DNA of 64,000 nucleotides from a virus: UHGV virus genome UHGV-0179428; one strand, 5' to 3'. Shown piece by piece: positions 38,065 to 46,771 of this stretch (position 1 is its first letter; each line of letters starts with the position of its first letter). The notes under the pieces were generated by a model. It saw only the letters and a program-made list of their open reading frames with translations, ran no database searches and was not told where the DNA came from. The position numbers and the translations under genes were made by a program.

Positions 38065-38711
38065 CGAAAGAAGAAATCCGTCGCCGTTATTTTGCGCATG
38101 ATTTACCGATTGACCGTCATGGTAACTACATGGAGAAAATCGGTAGCGAAGATCACGGCCGTACAGGGTTTTGTGCGTTACTGCACTATAAGCTGATTGA
38201 TGGGATGTCTGATCGCGAAGCATTGGAACAAATGCGTAACTACGACATGTCTGAAATCGAAGCACGGTTTACGCTACAGAAAGCGAAAGACTTTGTTAAC
38301 GACACGTTGGGAATCGACCTGGAAGAAATTCGTACAGGTTTACGTTCCACGGTGCGGTACATCTTTACCGATGTTCAGAAAATTCTAAGCGCTCTGGAAT
38401 TCCGTTATCAGGATGCACGCTATGCTGAGATTCAGGTAGGTGATTTCACTTTCCAGGCAGATGAGAAGTCACAGGTAGCATTGAGTCGTTATATCCAGTC
38501 AGAAACTGCGCCAGCGTATTGGTTAACGGCTAACAACACCCGTATCGAACCGTTTACGTTAGAACAGTGCAAGACGTTGCTGGCAGCAATCGTTGAGCGT
38601 GATCAAAGACTACATCACGCAATGTCTGAGCAGAAAAGAGAAGTCAGGGCTTGGGCTGAAGCACGTGATTACGATTCGATAAAAGCGTTTGCGTTAGAGC
38701 AAGGGCTGTAA
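38040..38711 (+). CDS. hypothetical protein in rSAM cluster
   Basis: ORF track; AAAGGAG RBS; followed by strong bidirectional terminator. Confidence 0.7.
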   Translation: MSATGEGLTKEEIRRRYFAHDLPIDRHGNYMEKIGSEDHGRTGFCALLHYKLIDGMSDREALEQMRNYDMSEIEARFTLQKAKDFVNDTLGIDLEEIRTGLRSTVRYIFTDVQKILSALEFRYQDARYAEIQVGDFTFQADEKSQVALSRYIQSETAPAYWLTANNTRIEPFTLEQCKTLLAAIVERDQRLHHAMSEQKREVRAWAEARDYDSIKAFALEQGL

Positions 38712-38719
38712 TCGACAGC

Positions 38720-38776
38720 GAAAAAAAAATAGTATACCTACCTCCCGTAATAGGAGGTAGGTATTTTTATTTTTCT
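38720..38776. terminator. bidirectional rho-independent terminator
   Basis: ATACCTACCTCC-cgtaat-AGGAGGTAGGTAT hairpin flanked by A9 upstream and T-rich tract downstream; lies between convergent gene blocks. Confidence 0.75.
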
Positions 38777-38790
38777 GTTGTTGATTTTCA

Positions 38791-39321
38791 TTAGGCTGGA
38801 GTAAAACCGTCAAGTTCACTATTTAACGTTGACATGTCCGTAACAACACGTAGCGTCAGTGTGCACAAAGACCCAGGTTGAAATTTGAGATTACCACCTT
38901 TAACGTTACAGTTATACAGGGCTGTAGATTCTGTTACTGCGCCTTTAGCGATTATAACCTCACCTACCGCAAACTCATCGTCAACCCAACCGCGTTTCTG
39001 AATCAGCTCGTTGAGAATAGCGACAATCTGATCGTTATTCTTTTCAAGTTCTTCAGCAGTGGCTACATTGTAAGTTTGTGGGCCTAAAACATTAACCCCG
39101 GGAATTCGGGTATAGTGGAATACTTTAGAGCCTGTGAAATTTGCAGATGTGGGCCGTGCGGTGAGCGTTACTTGCGCGTTGCGGGAACTACCAGGTTCTG
39201 TAGGCTGGTAGTTGGCAACGCCTTCACCAAAGTCAACATCCTCTAAAGTCAGTGGTGCTTGAAGCTGATTGTTTTTAAGGTTTATTAAATCAATCAGCTG
39301 TTGTTCAGTGCTTTTAGCCAT
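38791..39321 (-). CDS. paralog-family protein A (C-terminal ELDGFT motif), hypothetical virion-associated
   Basis: ORF track; own terminator; N-terminal LIDLINLKNN and C-terminal ELDGFTPA shared with paralogs. Confidence 0.75.
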   Translation of the reverse strand: MAKSTEQQLIDLINLKNNQLQAPLTLEDVDFGEGVANYQPTEPGSSRNAQVTLTARPTSANFTGSKVFHYTRIPGVNVLGPQTYNVATAEELEKNNDQIVAILNELIQKRGWVDDEFAVGEVIIAKGAVTESTALYNCNVKGGNLKFQPGSLCTLTLRVVTDMSTLNSELDGFTPA

Positions 39322-39344
39322 GGTAGCGATTTCTCTATCGTGAA

Positions 39345-39376
39345 CTAAAAGATCTGGGGGTTAACACCCCCAGACG
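39345..39376 (-). terminator. hairpin terminator
   Basis: CTGGGGG-ttaaca-CCCCCAG hairpin with T-rich sequence on minus strand. Confidence 0.5.
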
Positions 39377-39389
39377 GTTCTTTTGGGAT

Positions 39390-39920
39390 TTAGGACGTAA
39401 AGCCGTCCAGCTCACCGTTGGTGGTAGCCAGGTCAATACGTTTGTCTTCCACTTTCGGGGTAATAACAAACGTTGCCATTACACCTGGTTTATAACGGAG
39501 GTTCTTTTCAGTAACAGTACACGTTACCGTACGCAGAGTAACGTTTTCATGTTCGTCTTTCTGGTCTTCGGTAGAATAAGAAACGTCCGCTGGATGAATA
39601 GCATCGTCCGGTTTAACTTTATTGATGTAATATTGTAACCATGCGCGCAATTCGTTTTGATCTTCCCAACGAGACAGATCGTCAGTTAGTTCAATACGAC
39701 CTACAACACCCGGTTCCAGACGATCGTAATGCAGTTCGATTGCGCCTTTGAAATTCTCAGAACCTGGTAGTGCAGTCATGGTAACTTTGGTATTCTTACC
39801 TTCGCCTTCCAGCGCAGTAGGGAGACCAAAGGACACTTCTTTATCAGTAATCTGATGTGGTAGCTCAGTGTTAGCAGCATTATAAAGCGCGACCAACATC
39901 ATCTGGTTAGTAGCGGCCAT
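39390..39920 (-). CDS. paralog-family protein B (C-terminal ELDGFT motif)
   Basis: ORF track; C-terminal GELDGFTS; own hairpin terminator. Confidence 0.75.
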   Translation of the reverse strand: MAATNQMMLVALYNAANTELPHQITDKEVSFGLPTALEGEGKNTKVTMTALPGSENFKGAIELHYDRLEPGVVGRIELTDDLSRWEDQNELRAWLQYYINKVKPDDAIHPADVSYSTEDQKDEHENVTLRTVTCTVTEKNLRYKPGVMATFVITPKVEDKRIDLATTNGELDGFTS

Positions 39921-39949
39921 TATCTTAGATCCTTAATAATACGTTTTAA

Positions 39950-39985
39950 AGAAATATCGGGGGAGGACACCCCCCCCCGATTCAA
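39950..39985 (-). terminator. hairpin terminator
   Basis: ATCGGGGG...CCCCCCCCCGAT hairpin with T-rich run on minus strand. Confidence 0.5.
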
Positions 39986-40528
39986 TTACTCTTTAGGACT
40001 CGGTGCAGTGAAGCCCTCGAGCTCACCATCCAGGCTGTCCAGAGCTACCTTCTGAGGAGCCGGTACACGGTACTGGTAATTTGCAATCATACCAGCCTGG
40101 AACTTGATATGACCTTCTTTTACCTGTACAGTATAGTTGAAACCGCCTTCACCTGCATCAGTTTTCTGGATTTCCAGTTCTTCTGCGATAAAGGCATCAT
40201 CGACATAACCTTTAGTAATCATGTCGGCATTCAGTGCAGCTACGATAACATCGTTAGCGACATCAGTAGTTGCATCAGTAACGGTTTTCACACCGATTAA
40301 AGATTCGGCGACCAGACGGATATAATGGAACTCTTTGCTTCCGGTAAAGTTAGCGCTTTCGTCTTTTGCAGTCAGGACAACTTTAGTATTACGGTTGTCA
40401 TCTTCGCCAGAAGGACTATAAAGTTCTACAGTACCGAAATTAACATCGCCAACAGTCAGTTGGTGTTCCAGGGAACCGTTTTTGGCATTAACGGCGTCAA
40501 TAAGTTGCTGTTGAAAAGCTTTAGCCAT
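39986..40528 (-). CDS. paralog-family protein C (C-terminal ELEGFT motif)
   Basis: ORF track; GAGGTAAAAACG-ATG; C-terminal GELEGFTAP. Confidence 0.75.
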   Translation of the reverse strand: MAKAFQQQLIDAVNAKNGSLEHQLTVGDVNFGTVELYSPSGEDDNRNTKVVLTAKDESANFTGSKEFHYIRLVAESLIGVKTVTDATTDVANDVIVAALNADMITKGYVDDAFIAEELEIQKTDAGEGGFNYTVQVKEGHIKFQAGMIANYQYRVPAPQKVALDSLDGELEGFTAPSPKE

Positions 40529-40668
40529 CGTTTTTACCTCGTGTGTGGCAGGGTGGATTGCATAGTATTGTTCGGATTATAGAAGTGGTGTTAATTGTTA
40601 TGACAGACGGCAGTAAGGCTTGTCTGTAAAAATATTTTTTTAAACTTTTTATAAAAAAGGTGAAAAGT

Positions 40669-41151
40669 ATGATAAAGCGTTTTCTTATCGTTTTGGTTGG
40701 TGTTTTTTCGTTGGCAGGATGTGCTTTACAACCGAATAGTAACGGTCAATTCTCGACTGTGCCGGTGGAGCCACATGACATGGTTATTTACACCTGTATG
40801 GGTGTAGAGCAAGATTTTGCGAATTACAAACCTGTCGTCAGCTCGACTAACCTCATGTTAGGGTCAGTAACCGTACTCGATACTGGTGCTAATTGGGTAG
40901 CCACTTGGCCAAACGGTAAGATTGAGTCGCCACAACTTTATAAAGACTTATTAGGTAAAGTTAATGGGAATATTGATCCTATCACTGGACAACGTTACTA
41001 CCGTGTAAATGGTTTACTTTCAAAAACACCAACATTTGCGTATTCTACTTTGGAATATAAAACGGGTGATGGTAAAGGCATTACTTTCTTCCGCTGTATA
41101 GAAGGTGTAGCGCCTGACACTGGAACAATGCTCCATCCTGCGGAACAATAA
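40669..41151 (+). CDS. putative lipoprotein
   Basis: ORF track 40660-41151; ATG at 40669; N-terminal MIKRFLIVLVGVFSLAGC lipobox-like; opposite strand to neighbours; terminator hairpin downstream. Confidence 0.6.
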   Translation: MIKRFLIVLVGVFSLAGCALQPNSNGQFSTVPVEPHDMVIYTCMGVEQDFANYKPVVSSTNLMLGSVTVLDTGANWVATWPNGKIESPQLYKDLLGKVNGNIDPITGQRYYRVNGLLSKTPTFAYSTLEYKTGDGKGITFFRCIEGVAPDTGTMLHPAEQ

Positions 41152-41154
41152 AAA

Positions 41155-41195
41155 CTACCCTACTCCCGATAAGGAGTAGGGTATATTCATTTTAA
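41155..41195 (+). terminator. rho-independent terminator after lipoprotein gene
   Basis: CTACCCTACTCC-cgataa-GGAGTAGGGTA hairpin then T-rich run. Confidence 0.6.
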
Positions 41196-41266
41196 CCGCC
41201 AAATAGTGCGTAAAACGCATTCTAAGCGTCTTTATACAAAATGAGGTATAAACACCTTAGAAATAG

Positions 41267-41782
41267 TTAAATATCGACTATGGCGCTCCAATCGATTGGT
41301 TTTTGCTTAACAACTTTCACAGTACCACGATTTGGTGACCAGAAAGTAATGTTAGGCTGGTTACGAACGTCGATGTGCAACCAACTGATGTCACATTCAA
41401 TAAAGTGAATGAACGGAAACTCGTCAGGGTTAGCAGCGATATAGTCGTGGACCTGTTTTACGGTGCTATCCAACAACGTTGCATCAATGGCGTTACCGAA
41501 TTTGTGTTGACTTCCTGAATCGGCGTAAAGCTGCAATGCACGTTGTTTATAACTACCACCCTTAGGCTTTTCTTGATTAATAAAGAAATCTAAGGTTCTT
41601 AGTCCGCGTTGCTGTGCGGCAGTTGAGTTAATCACCATTCTACCGAAACGGTTACGAATCTGTTGTAGGGAAATCATTAGCAACGGATTCATAAACCGAA
41701 TTGCGGAATCGCCGTATTTGGCAATGTAGGACTGTGGTACTAACTCTCTGAGTTTAAAGTTACTCGGATTTGGATGAAACAT
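41267..41782 (-). CDS. putative peptidase M15-family peptidoglycan hydrolase
   Basis: ORF track; SQHKFGNAIDA and WLHIDVR resemble the SxHxxGxAxD and H-x-D zinc-binding motifs of M15 peptidases. Confidence 0.55.
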   Translation of the reverse strand: MFHPNPSNFKLRELVPQSYIAKYGDSAIRFMNPLLMISLQQIRNRFGRMVINSTAAQQRGLRTLDFFINQEKPKGGSYKQRALQLYADSGSQHKFGNAIDATLLDSTVKQVHDYIAANPDEFPFIHFIECDISWLHIDVRNQPNITFWSPNRGTVKVVKQKPIDWSAIVDI

Positions 41783-42425
41783 CTTCCCTCCCAGACAGAA
41801 ATGCTCGTTTGATGTTCAGGTATTTGACATTAACGGGACAATCTGTGGTGATATCAATACGTTCGTGGTCAGGGATTGCAGGTTCCTTAAACTCGCGAAC
41901 GAATAAATAGTTTCGATTGTAATCTAACGTACGAAACGCGTTAGTGTTGTAGGATGGCTTTGCATTAGGATCTACGTAGGCATCCCAGCCGAATTCAACA
42001 ACGGCCTTATAAAATGTTTGGCAGATATAAGGCGAGATTTCCAACGACTGCATAATACGCAGGAACGTTAAGTCAGAAAACTCTTTGTCGATAAAACGCG
42101 AAACGTTACCACCCGGTGTCATGGGATAGCTACGCTCCGTGTTACATTTTTGATAAAGTAGGTCGTGAATGCAGGCCGCAGGTGCCCACGGTCCGTCAGG
42201 ATGAAAAATTCCCTGGAGGTGTTCAGGAATTGACGCTAAATCGGTAACGAACCCTTTCGGTGCCGTTAACCACAGTTGTGTGTCAGGCAATACACCTGTT
42301 AAATAAACCGCACGGTCTAAGTGTACGTGGTCGTGATAAATTTCACGTAACGTAAACGGATAATGGTAATCCTCCGTTAATACAAACCACTTATTGTCTA
42401 AACGTTTATATTGAAGCTTCTCCAT
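41760..42425 (-). CDS. DUF1353-like protein
   Basis: ORF track 41760-42434; ATG at 42425 after AAGG; TDLASIPE motif. Confidence 0.5.
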   Translation of the reverse strand: MEKLQYKRLDNKWFVLTEDYHYPFTLREIYHDHVHLDRAVYLTGVLPDTQLWLTAPKGFVTDLASIPEHLQGIFHPDGPWAPAACIHDLLYQKCNTERSYPMTPGGNVSRFIDKEFSDLTFLRIMQSLEISPYICQTFYKAVVEFGWDAYVDPNAKPSYNTNAFRTLDYNRNYLFVREFKEPAIPDHERIDITTDCPVNVKYLNIKRAFLSGREDVSSKSE

Positions 42426-42440
42426 TACCCACACCTTCCC

Positions 42441-42545
42441 TTATAGAAACCAGAAAAATTCGTATCCACGTTTTTCGTCTTTACGTTTCCGCCCAGACGT
42501 TAACGCCTTCCACAATAACGCTAAGAGTTTAGCAAACCAGTTCAT
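42441..42545 (-). CDS. small protein (34 aa) translationally coupled to lysozyme gene
   Basis: Manually translated MNWFAKLLALLWKALTSGRKRKDEKRGYEFFWFL; ATGA overlap with stop of GH108 gene; not in ORF track. Confidence 0.4.
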   Translation of the reverse strand: MNWFAKLLALLWKALTSGRKRKDEKRGYEFFWFL

Positions 42546-43132
42546 TTTACTAACCCCGCCTTCGCCACATAATCCGGCATTTCCCTGAACACACGTGCGT
42601 ACCAACCGTAAGCGAATTTTTCATTCTTCTTACGCTTTTCGGAGATTTCTGTGTAGTAAGTTACCTGGTGTGAGATTAATGCAAAGATTAAGATGCCTAA
42701 TCCTTCGTCTTTACGGTATTTCAGATAAGCATTCAGGGCACCTAGCGTTTTAGGCCCCATCCCCCCGTCGGTGTCAATATCTGCGTAAAGCTTCCCTTCG
42801 TTATTTAAAACGTTGAGAATACGTTGTAACGATTTCACACAGTTAACGCGGCCAGAGTTAATAGCAAAATCAAACATCCGGTCTGCGAGCAAGGGTGAGA
42901 TAGCGAAAATCTCATCGAGTTTAAGTTTCTTCCACCAACCGCGATCGTAAATATCAAACGCCTGCGCACGGGTCAGATCCTTCATTCTTCCTTTATACCC
43001 GTATTCGCGTGCAGTTGTTAGTGTTACACCGTGACAGGTTTCCCCACCTTTATCGTCGGGGTCGTTCACGTACCCACCTTCTAAATCTGTTTTCGAAGCA
43101 ATAATACCTTCTTTAGTCCAACGTTCGGCCAT
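42542..43132 (-). CDS. GH108-family lysozyme with C-terminal peptidoglycan-binding domain (probable endolysin)
   Basis: ORF track; EGGYVNDPDDKGGETCHGVT matches the GH108 N-terminal signature; GMGPKTLGALNAY resembles PG_binding_3; AAGAGGAG RBS. Confidence 0.75.
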   Translation of the reverse strand: MAERWTKEGIIASKTDLEGGYVNDPDDKGGETCHGVTLTTAREYGYKGRMKDLTRAQAFDIYDRGWWKKLKLDEIFAISPLLADRMFDFAINSGRVNCVKSLQRILNVLNNEGKLYADIDTDGGMGPKTLGALNAYLKYRKDEGLGILIFALISHQVTYYTEISEKRKKNEKFAYGWYARVFREMPDYVAKAGLVK

Positions 43133-43154
43133 TTTGTTTAACTCCTCTTTTACA

Positions 43155-43192
43155 CAAAAAAAGAAAAGAGGGTGGGATTACCCCACCCTGTC
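43155..43192 (-). terminator. rho-independent terminator
   Basis: AGGGTGGG-attacc-CCACCCT hairpin followed on minus strand by a T tract. Confidence 0.6.
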
Positions 43193-43193
43193 G

Positions 43194-43670
43194 TTATTTC
43201 TTCTTAGCGCGTGATGGCTTAGCTGGCGGTGTTTCAACAGTCGGTTTACGCGCAACACGCACTGTAAAACCACCGACCCAGGTTAGGCACTCAGGACGGA
43301 AGAAAATGCCGTGCTCGATTGCACTGCCGTCCAGCGGTAACTCACCAACCTGCTCTACCCATACGTCGTCTTCAGTAAGGGTTAAGCCATACTGCTCGTT
43401 AATTACAGGCAACAGGTCCGCAGTCGTGGTTGCTGTCTCAACTAACAGTTTCGGCAATACGTTGAGGAAATACAAACCTGCATCGATACGATTATACTGG
43501 AACGTTTGCTTATTAGCATAACCGAGATTCTTAACCGCCACAACCGTAATTTCGGTGTTGTACGCACCGGTACTTACGACGGGCTCACCCAATGTAACTT
43601 TGGCGGTGTCAAGCTCAGCGTCTGGGTTAGCCTTTTTAATAAGGTCGAAGATAGTTTCTTGACTGGTCAT
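43194..43670 (-). CDS. paralog-family-related protein, hypothetical
   Basis: ORF track; N-terminal IFDLIKKAN...KVTLGEP pattern. Confidence 0.65.
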   Translation of the reverse strand: MTSQETIFDLIKKANPDAELDTAKVTLGEPVVSTGAYNTEITVVAVKNLGYANKQTFQYNRIDAGLYFLNVLPKLLVETATTTADLLPVINEQYGLTLTEDDVWVEQVGELPLDGSAIEHGIFFRPECLTWVGGFTVRVARKPTVETPPAKPSRAKKK

Positions 43671-43683
43671 TACTGTAATCCTC

Positions 43684-44532
43684 TTAATCTAAGAATCCCG
43701 GTAAGACCGAATTAGTTTTAGCTAATTCAATCTTCGACTTCGGACGATCGGTTCCGTTAAAGTGGATTAACAGATTACCGGTCAGGTTAGCACACAGTCC
43801 ACTGAGTGCGAGTACCAGCACACGCGTGTACTTCGTATTTGCGCCTTCGTAACCTGCGGTAGGGCCATCGTACATAACCTTGGCACCGTAGAGGTTATTA
43901 GCAGCGTTTTTAGGTACGCTTACCCATTTCTCATCAACGACGTTAACCAGTTTAGTGGCTAACTCAGCCAGGTCGACAGTGTCGTTAATGGTAATCGGAT
44001 CGAGGTAATCTTTTTCTGCGGTGAAGTCAATTGGATAAGAATAAACCGCTGCGTTACCTTTCTTAGTGGACGGATACTCTACCAGGTTTTCTAATTGAGT
44101 AACAGGTAACAGTTTAGCCAGATCAATAGGATCGCGTAGCGTAAGTGTCACCTCGCCACACCATTCGTAGGATTTCTCATTAGCGGTAAACTGATGGGTT
44201 TCACCTTCAACTTTCGCATCAATGATATCCGACGGCAGGATATTTAAATCGTATTTTGCGTTGATTGCATTAAGCAAATCTGCAGCGGTTACAACACCAT
44301 CGTTACCGAATACCAACTCACCTGTTAGGTATTCGGGCAAGTTACGACGATGATAAGTCACAGTTAAAGTAGTAGACTCATCGCCTTTGAGTTTAGAAGT
44401 CAGAACCACCTGGGTATCAACCCCAGTACCAGTAGGTTCGCCGATATCAACATCACTGAAGGTCAATGGCGGAACAATATTGTTTTCAGTGTTGATGAGT
44501 TTTAGCAGTTTCTGTTTTGACGTAAGAGACAT
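43684..44532 (-). CDS. paralog-family-related protein (282 aa), hypothetical
   Basis: ORF track; N-terminal LLKLINTENN...DVDIGEP and C-terminal LPGFLD. Confidence 0.7.
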   Translation of the reverse strand: MSLTSKQKLLKLINTENNIVPPLTFSDVDIGEPTGTGVDTQVVLTSKLKGDESTTLTVTYHRRNLPEYLTGELVFGNDGVVTAADLLNAINAKYDLNILPSDIIDAKVEGETHQFTANEKSYEWCGEVTLTLRDPIDLAKLLPVTQLENLVEYPSTKKGNAAVYSYPIDFTAEKDYLDPITINDTVDLAELATKLVNVVDEKWVSVPKNAANNLYGAKVMYDGPTAGYEGANTKYTRVLVLALSGLCANLTGNLLIHFNGTDRPKSKIELAKTNSVLPGFLD

Positions 44533-44659
44533 CGCGTTAACTCACAATAAGTAAAAAAGGTTTAAGAGGTCGTTTTACATCCCTCAGCCAGCATAGGAAT
44601 AGTCGAGTAGAGGGTAAGCAAAGTAATGTCAAAATAACAAAAAAGAAAAGGCAAAGAAA

Positions 44660-44698
44660 ATTAATTCCGCTATAGACCGAAGCCTATAGCGGAGTGAG
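44660..44698 (-). terminator. rho-independent terminator
   Basis: CCGCTATAG-loop-CTATAGCGG 9-bp stem followed on minus strand by T-rich tract. Confidence 0.55.
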
Positions 44699-44699
44699 A

Positions 44700-45131
44700 T
44701 TAACGAACGTTGTGTGCTAAGTACATCAGAGAACGAGTGTCGGTGTCACGAGAAGTTTGTGACATCTGGCTCAGTAACTTGTTGGCGGTAGGATCGCTAT
44801 AAAGACGTTTTAACCATTCGTCAACCATTTCTGGTACAGTGTCGACCAGCAGTGGATAGTTAAGATTTTCCAGTGTGTATTCAACGAATTCGTGCATCAG
44901 ATTCTGGTCACGATACATGGTGTCACCTAACTCACCTGCGGGATACTCTTCACGAGGACGTTTACCCCAGCTACAAATCTCCATATAGGCCGTGTTTACA
45001 ATCTCTTTGTATTCCTCTAACTTAAGTAAATCGAAGCCAGTATTCGGGCGGCAGAAACCTACTAAAACGCTCAGAGCAATAGGGTTGTTACGAACGTAGT
45101 TACGGATTTCATCATTTAATACGAAAAACAT
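44700..45131 (-). CDS. hypothetical protein (paralog of 46343-46771)
   Basis: ORF track; CCTAAAGGAGTATTAAA-ATG. Confidence 0.75.
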   Translation of the reverse strand: MFFVLNDEIRNYVRNNPIALSVLVGFCRPNTGFDLLKLEEYKEIVNTAYMEICSWGKRPREEYPAGELGDTMYRDQNLMHEFVEYTLENLNYPLLVDTVPEMVDEWLKRLYSDPTANKLLSQMSQTSRDTDTRSLMYLAHNVR

Positions 45132-45200
45132 TTTAATACTCCTTTAGGTAAATACAATAATGGAGGGGTGGTAAACCACCCCTTGTACGATTTTAGTTAA

Positions 45201-46322
45201 TTAACGAAATTTTTGACAAGCAGGGCAATCGCAGCCTATACCAGAAGATATTTCTCTAAAGATCGCGTCGAACGAGTGCTCATTATTCTTAAGAAAACGA
45301 GCTCCCGCCAAGTCACGCAGATGAGTTTTTAACTTTCCGATAATACCGGGTTCATAGTTGAGTAGAATGGTAAGTGTATTGTCTGTGTAAGTCCACTGAC
45401 GGACTTTCTCAGGAAACCAACGAGCGATATCGCGCATAAACGTATCGGCATCTTCTTTCCCAATAGTAGTGATTGTTAGAAGACGTAGACGTTTGTCAAC
45501 AATCTCATTAATGAGGTTGCTAATTTCTTCGTCAAGAGCAGCGTCCCACCATTTCCATTTAATGGTGAGTTTTTCGCCCTCGAGTTTAGTCTCTACTTTG
45601 GTAGGATAGAAAGCTGTCAAGGTATCATTAATCGCTTCGGCCTCTGGGCCAGTGTAAGTAAAGGAATACGGTTCTTCGAACCATTTAATAACGTCAGGAT
45701 CATTATCAACAAGCACGGTTAGCGTGCCGTCGACATAATTAGACCCACGAATTTTCTTTTTGTATTCGTGAACAGCACTACGCATGACTGCATCTGCGTC
45801 TTCTTTTCCGATATCACGAACCGAAATAAGTCGAACGGCGTCTTTGACGATCAGAGCAACGATGATGCGAATAGCTTTCATGATCTTAGGATCGAATTCC
45901 TTCATCCTGAAAGCCAACATGTCGTATTTTTGACTAATGTATAAGGCGTCGGGATAGAGGATATTTAATGCTTCTTTAATTTTCTCGATCGTTTCGACAT
46001 CATATTGATTTACGTATGACGTGTCATCATTGCCTACAGACCACTGCTGGTCTTTGACTTTCGGTTGCTCAGCCTCGGTCGCTTTTACCTTGGCGTTCTC
46101 GGCTACCGGGTTGAGTAACTCACCGATTTCCACCGCAATAGTGTCACAAAGATAATCGTTGCAGTGAGTCCAGTAGAATACGATGCTTTCATCGTTGACC
46201 TGCTCTACACGGAAATACACACCTTTATCCAGGAATATGCGATAAAGTTGATCGAGTAACTGTGCTTCGGGAACCGGACGGATTTCAGTTTTAACGAGCG
46301 GGGTAATTTCGATATTAAACAT
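45201..46322 (-). CDS. hypothetical protein with C-terminal CDCPACQ motif
   Basis: ORF track; AAAAGGAAAAATAC-ATG. Confidence 0.7.
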   Translation of the reverse strand: MFNIEITPLVKTEIRPVPEAQLLDQLYRIFLDKGVYFRVEQVNDESIVFYWTHCNDYLCDTIAVEIGELLNPVAENAKVKATEAEQPKVKDQQWSVGNDDTSYVNQYDVETIEKIKEALNILYPDALYISQKYDMLAFRMKEFDPKIMKAIRIIVALIVKDAVRLISVRDIGKEDADAVMRSAVHEYKKKIRGSNYVDGTLTVLVDNDPDVIKWFEEPYSFTYTGPEAEAINDTLTAFYPTKVETKLEGEKLTIKWKWWDAALDEEISNLINEIVDKRLRLLTITTIGKEDADTFMRDIARWFPEKVRQWTYTDNTLTILLNYEPGIIGKLKTHLRDLAGARFLKNNEHSFDAIFREISSGIGCDCPACQKFR

Positions 46323-46342
46323 GTATTTTTCCTTTTGGTAAA

Positions 46343-46771
46343 TTAGCTGTAATTGTGCTTAAAGAACTCTAAAGCACGCTGGTCGTTTGTAATCGCCGTT
46401 GTGGACATTCGTTTCAACGCTTGGCGGCAGTAAGGGTCGTTCAGAATACGTTGCTGCCAAGCATTGACTATTTCCGTCACTGTTTCCCCTTCTACAGCAG
46501 TGTTAAGTTTATCGAGGCAGTGTCGCCCTAACAGAAACGCAACCGCATAATCTGTAAACATCTCGGTGCCGAAATCCCCGTCGGGATAATCGCAACGTTT
46601 ACGTACTGACGTTGCGGTAATGGAGTTATATGCGGTTTTTATTATCTCGTGAAATTGTTCCACAGTTAAGACGTTAACGTCAGTACCTGAAAGCGTAAGT
46701 GAAGCCAGTACAGGAATACTGGCTGGATACTTACGGATATAATCACGCAAATCTGAATTGAGTGTTTTCAT
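46343..46771 (-). CDS. hypothetical protein (paralog of 44700-45131)
   Basis: ORF track; AAAGGGG RBS. Confidence 0.7.
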   Translation of the reverse strand: MKTLNSDLRDYIRKYPASIPVLASLTLSGTDVNVLTVEQFHEIIKTAYNSITATSVRKRCDYPDGDFGTEMFTDYAVAFLLGRHCLDKLNTAVEGETVTEIVNAWQQRILNDPYCRQALKRMSTTAITNDQRALEFFKHNYS

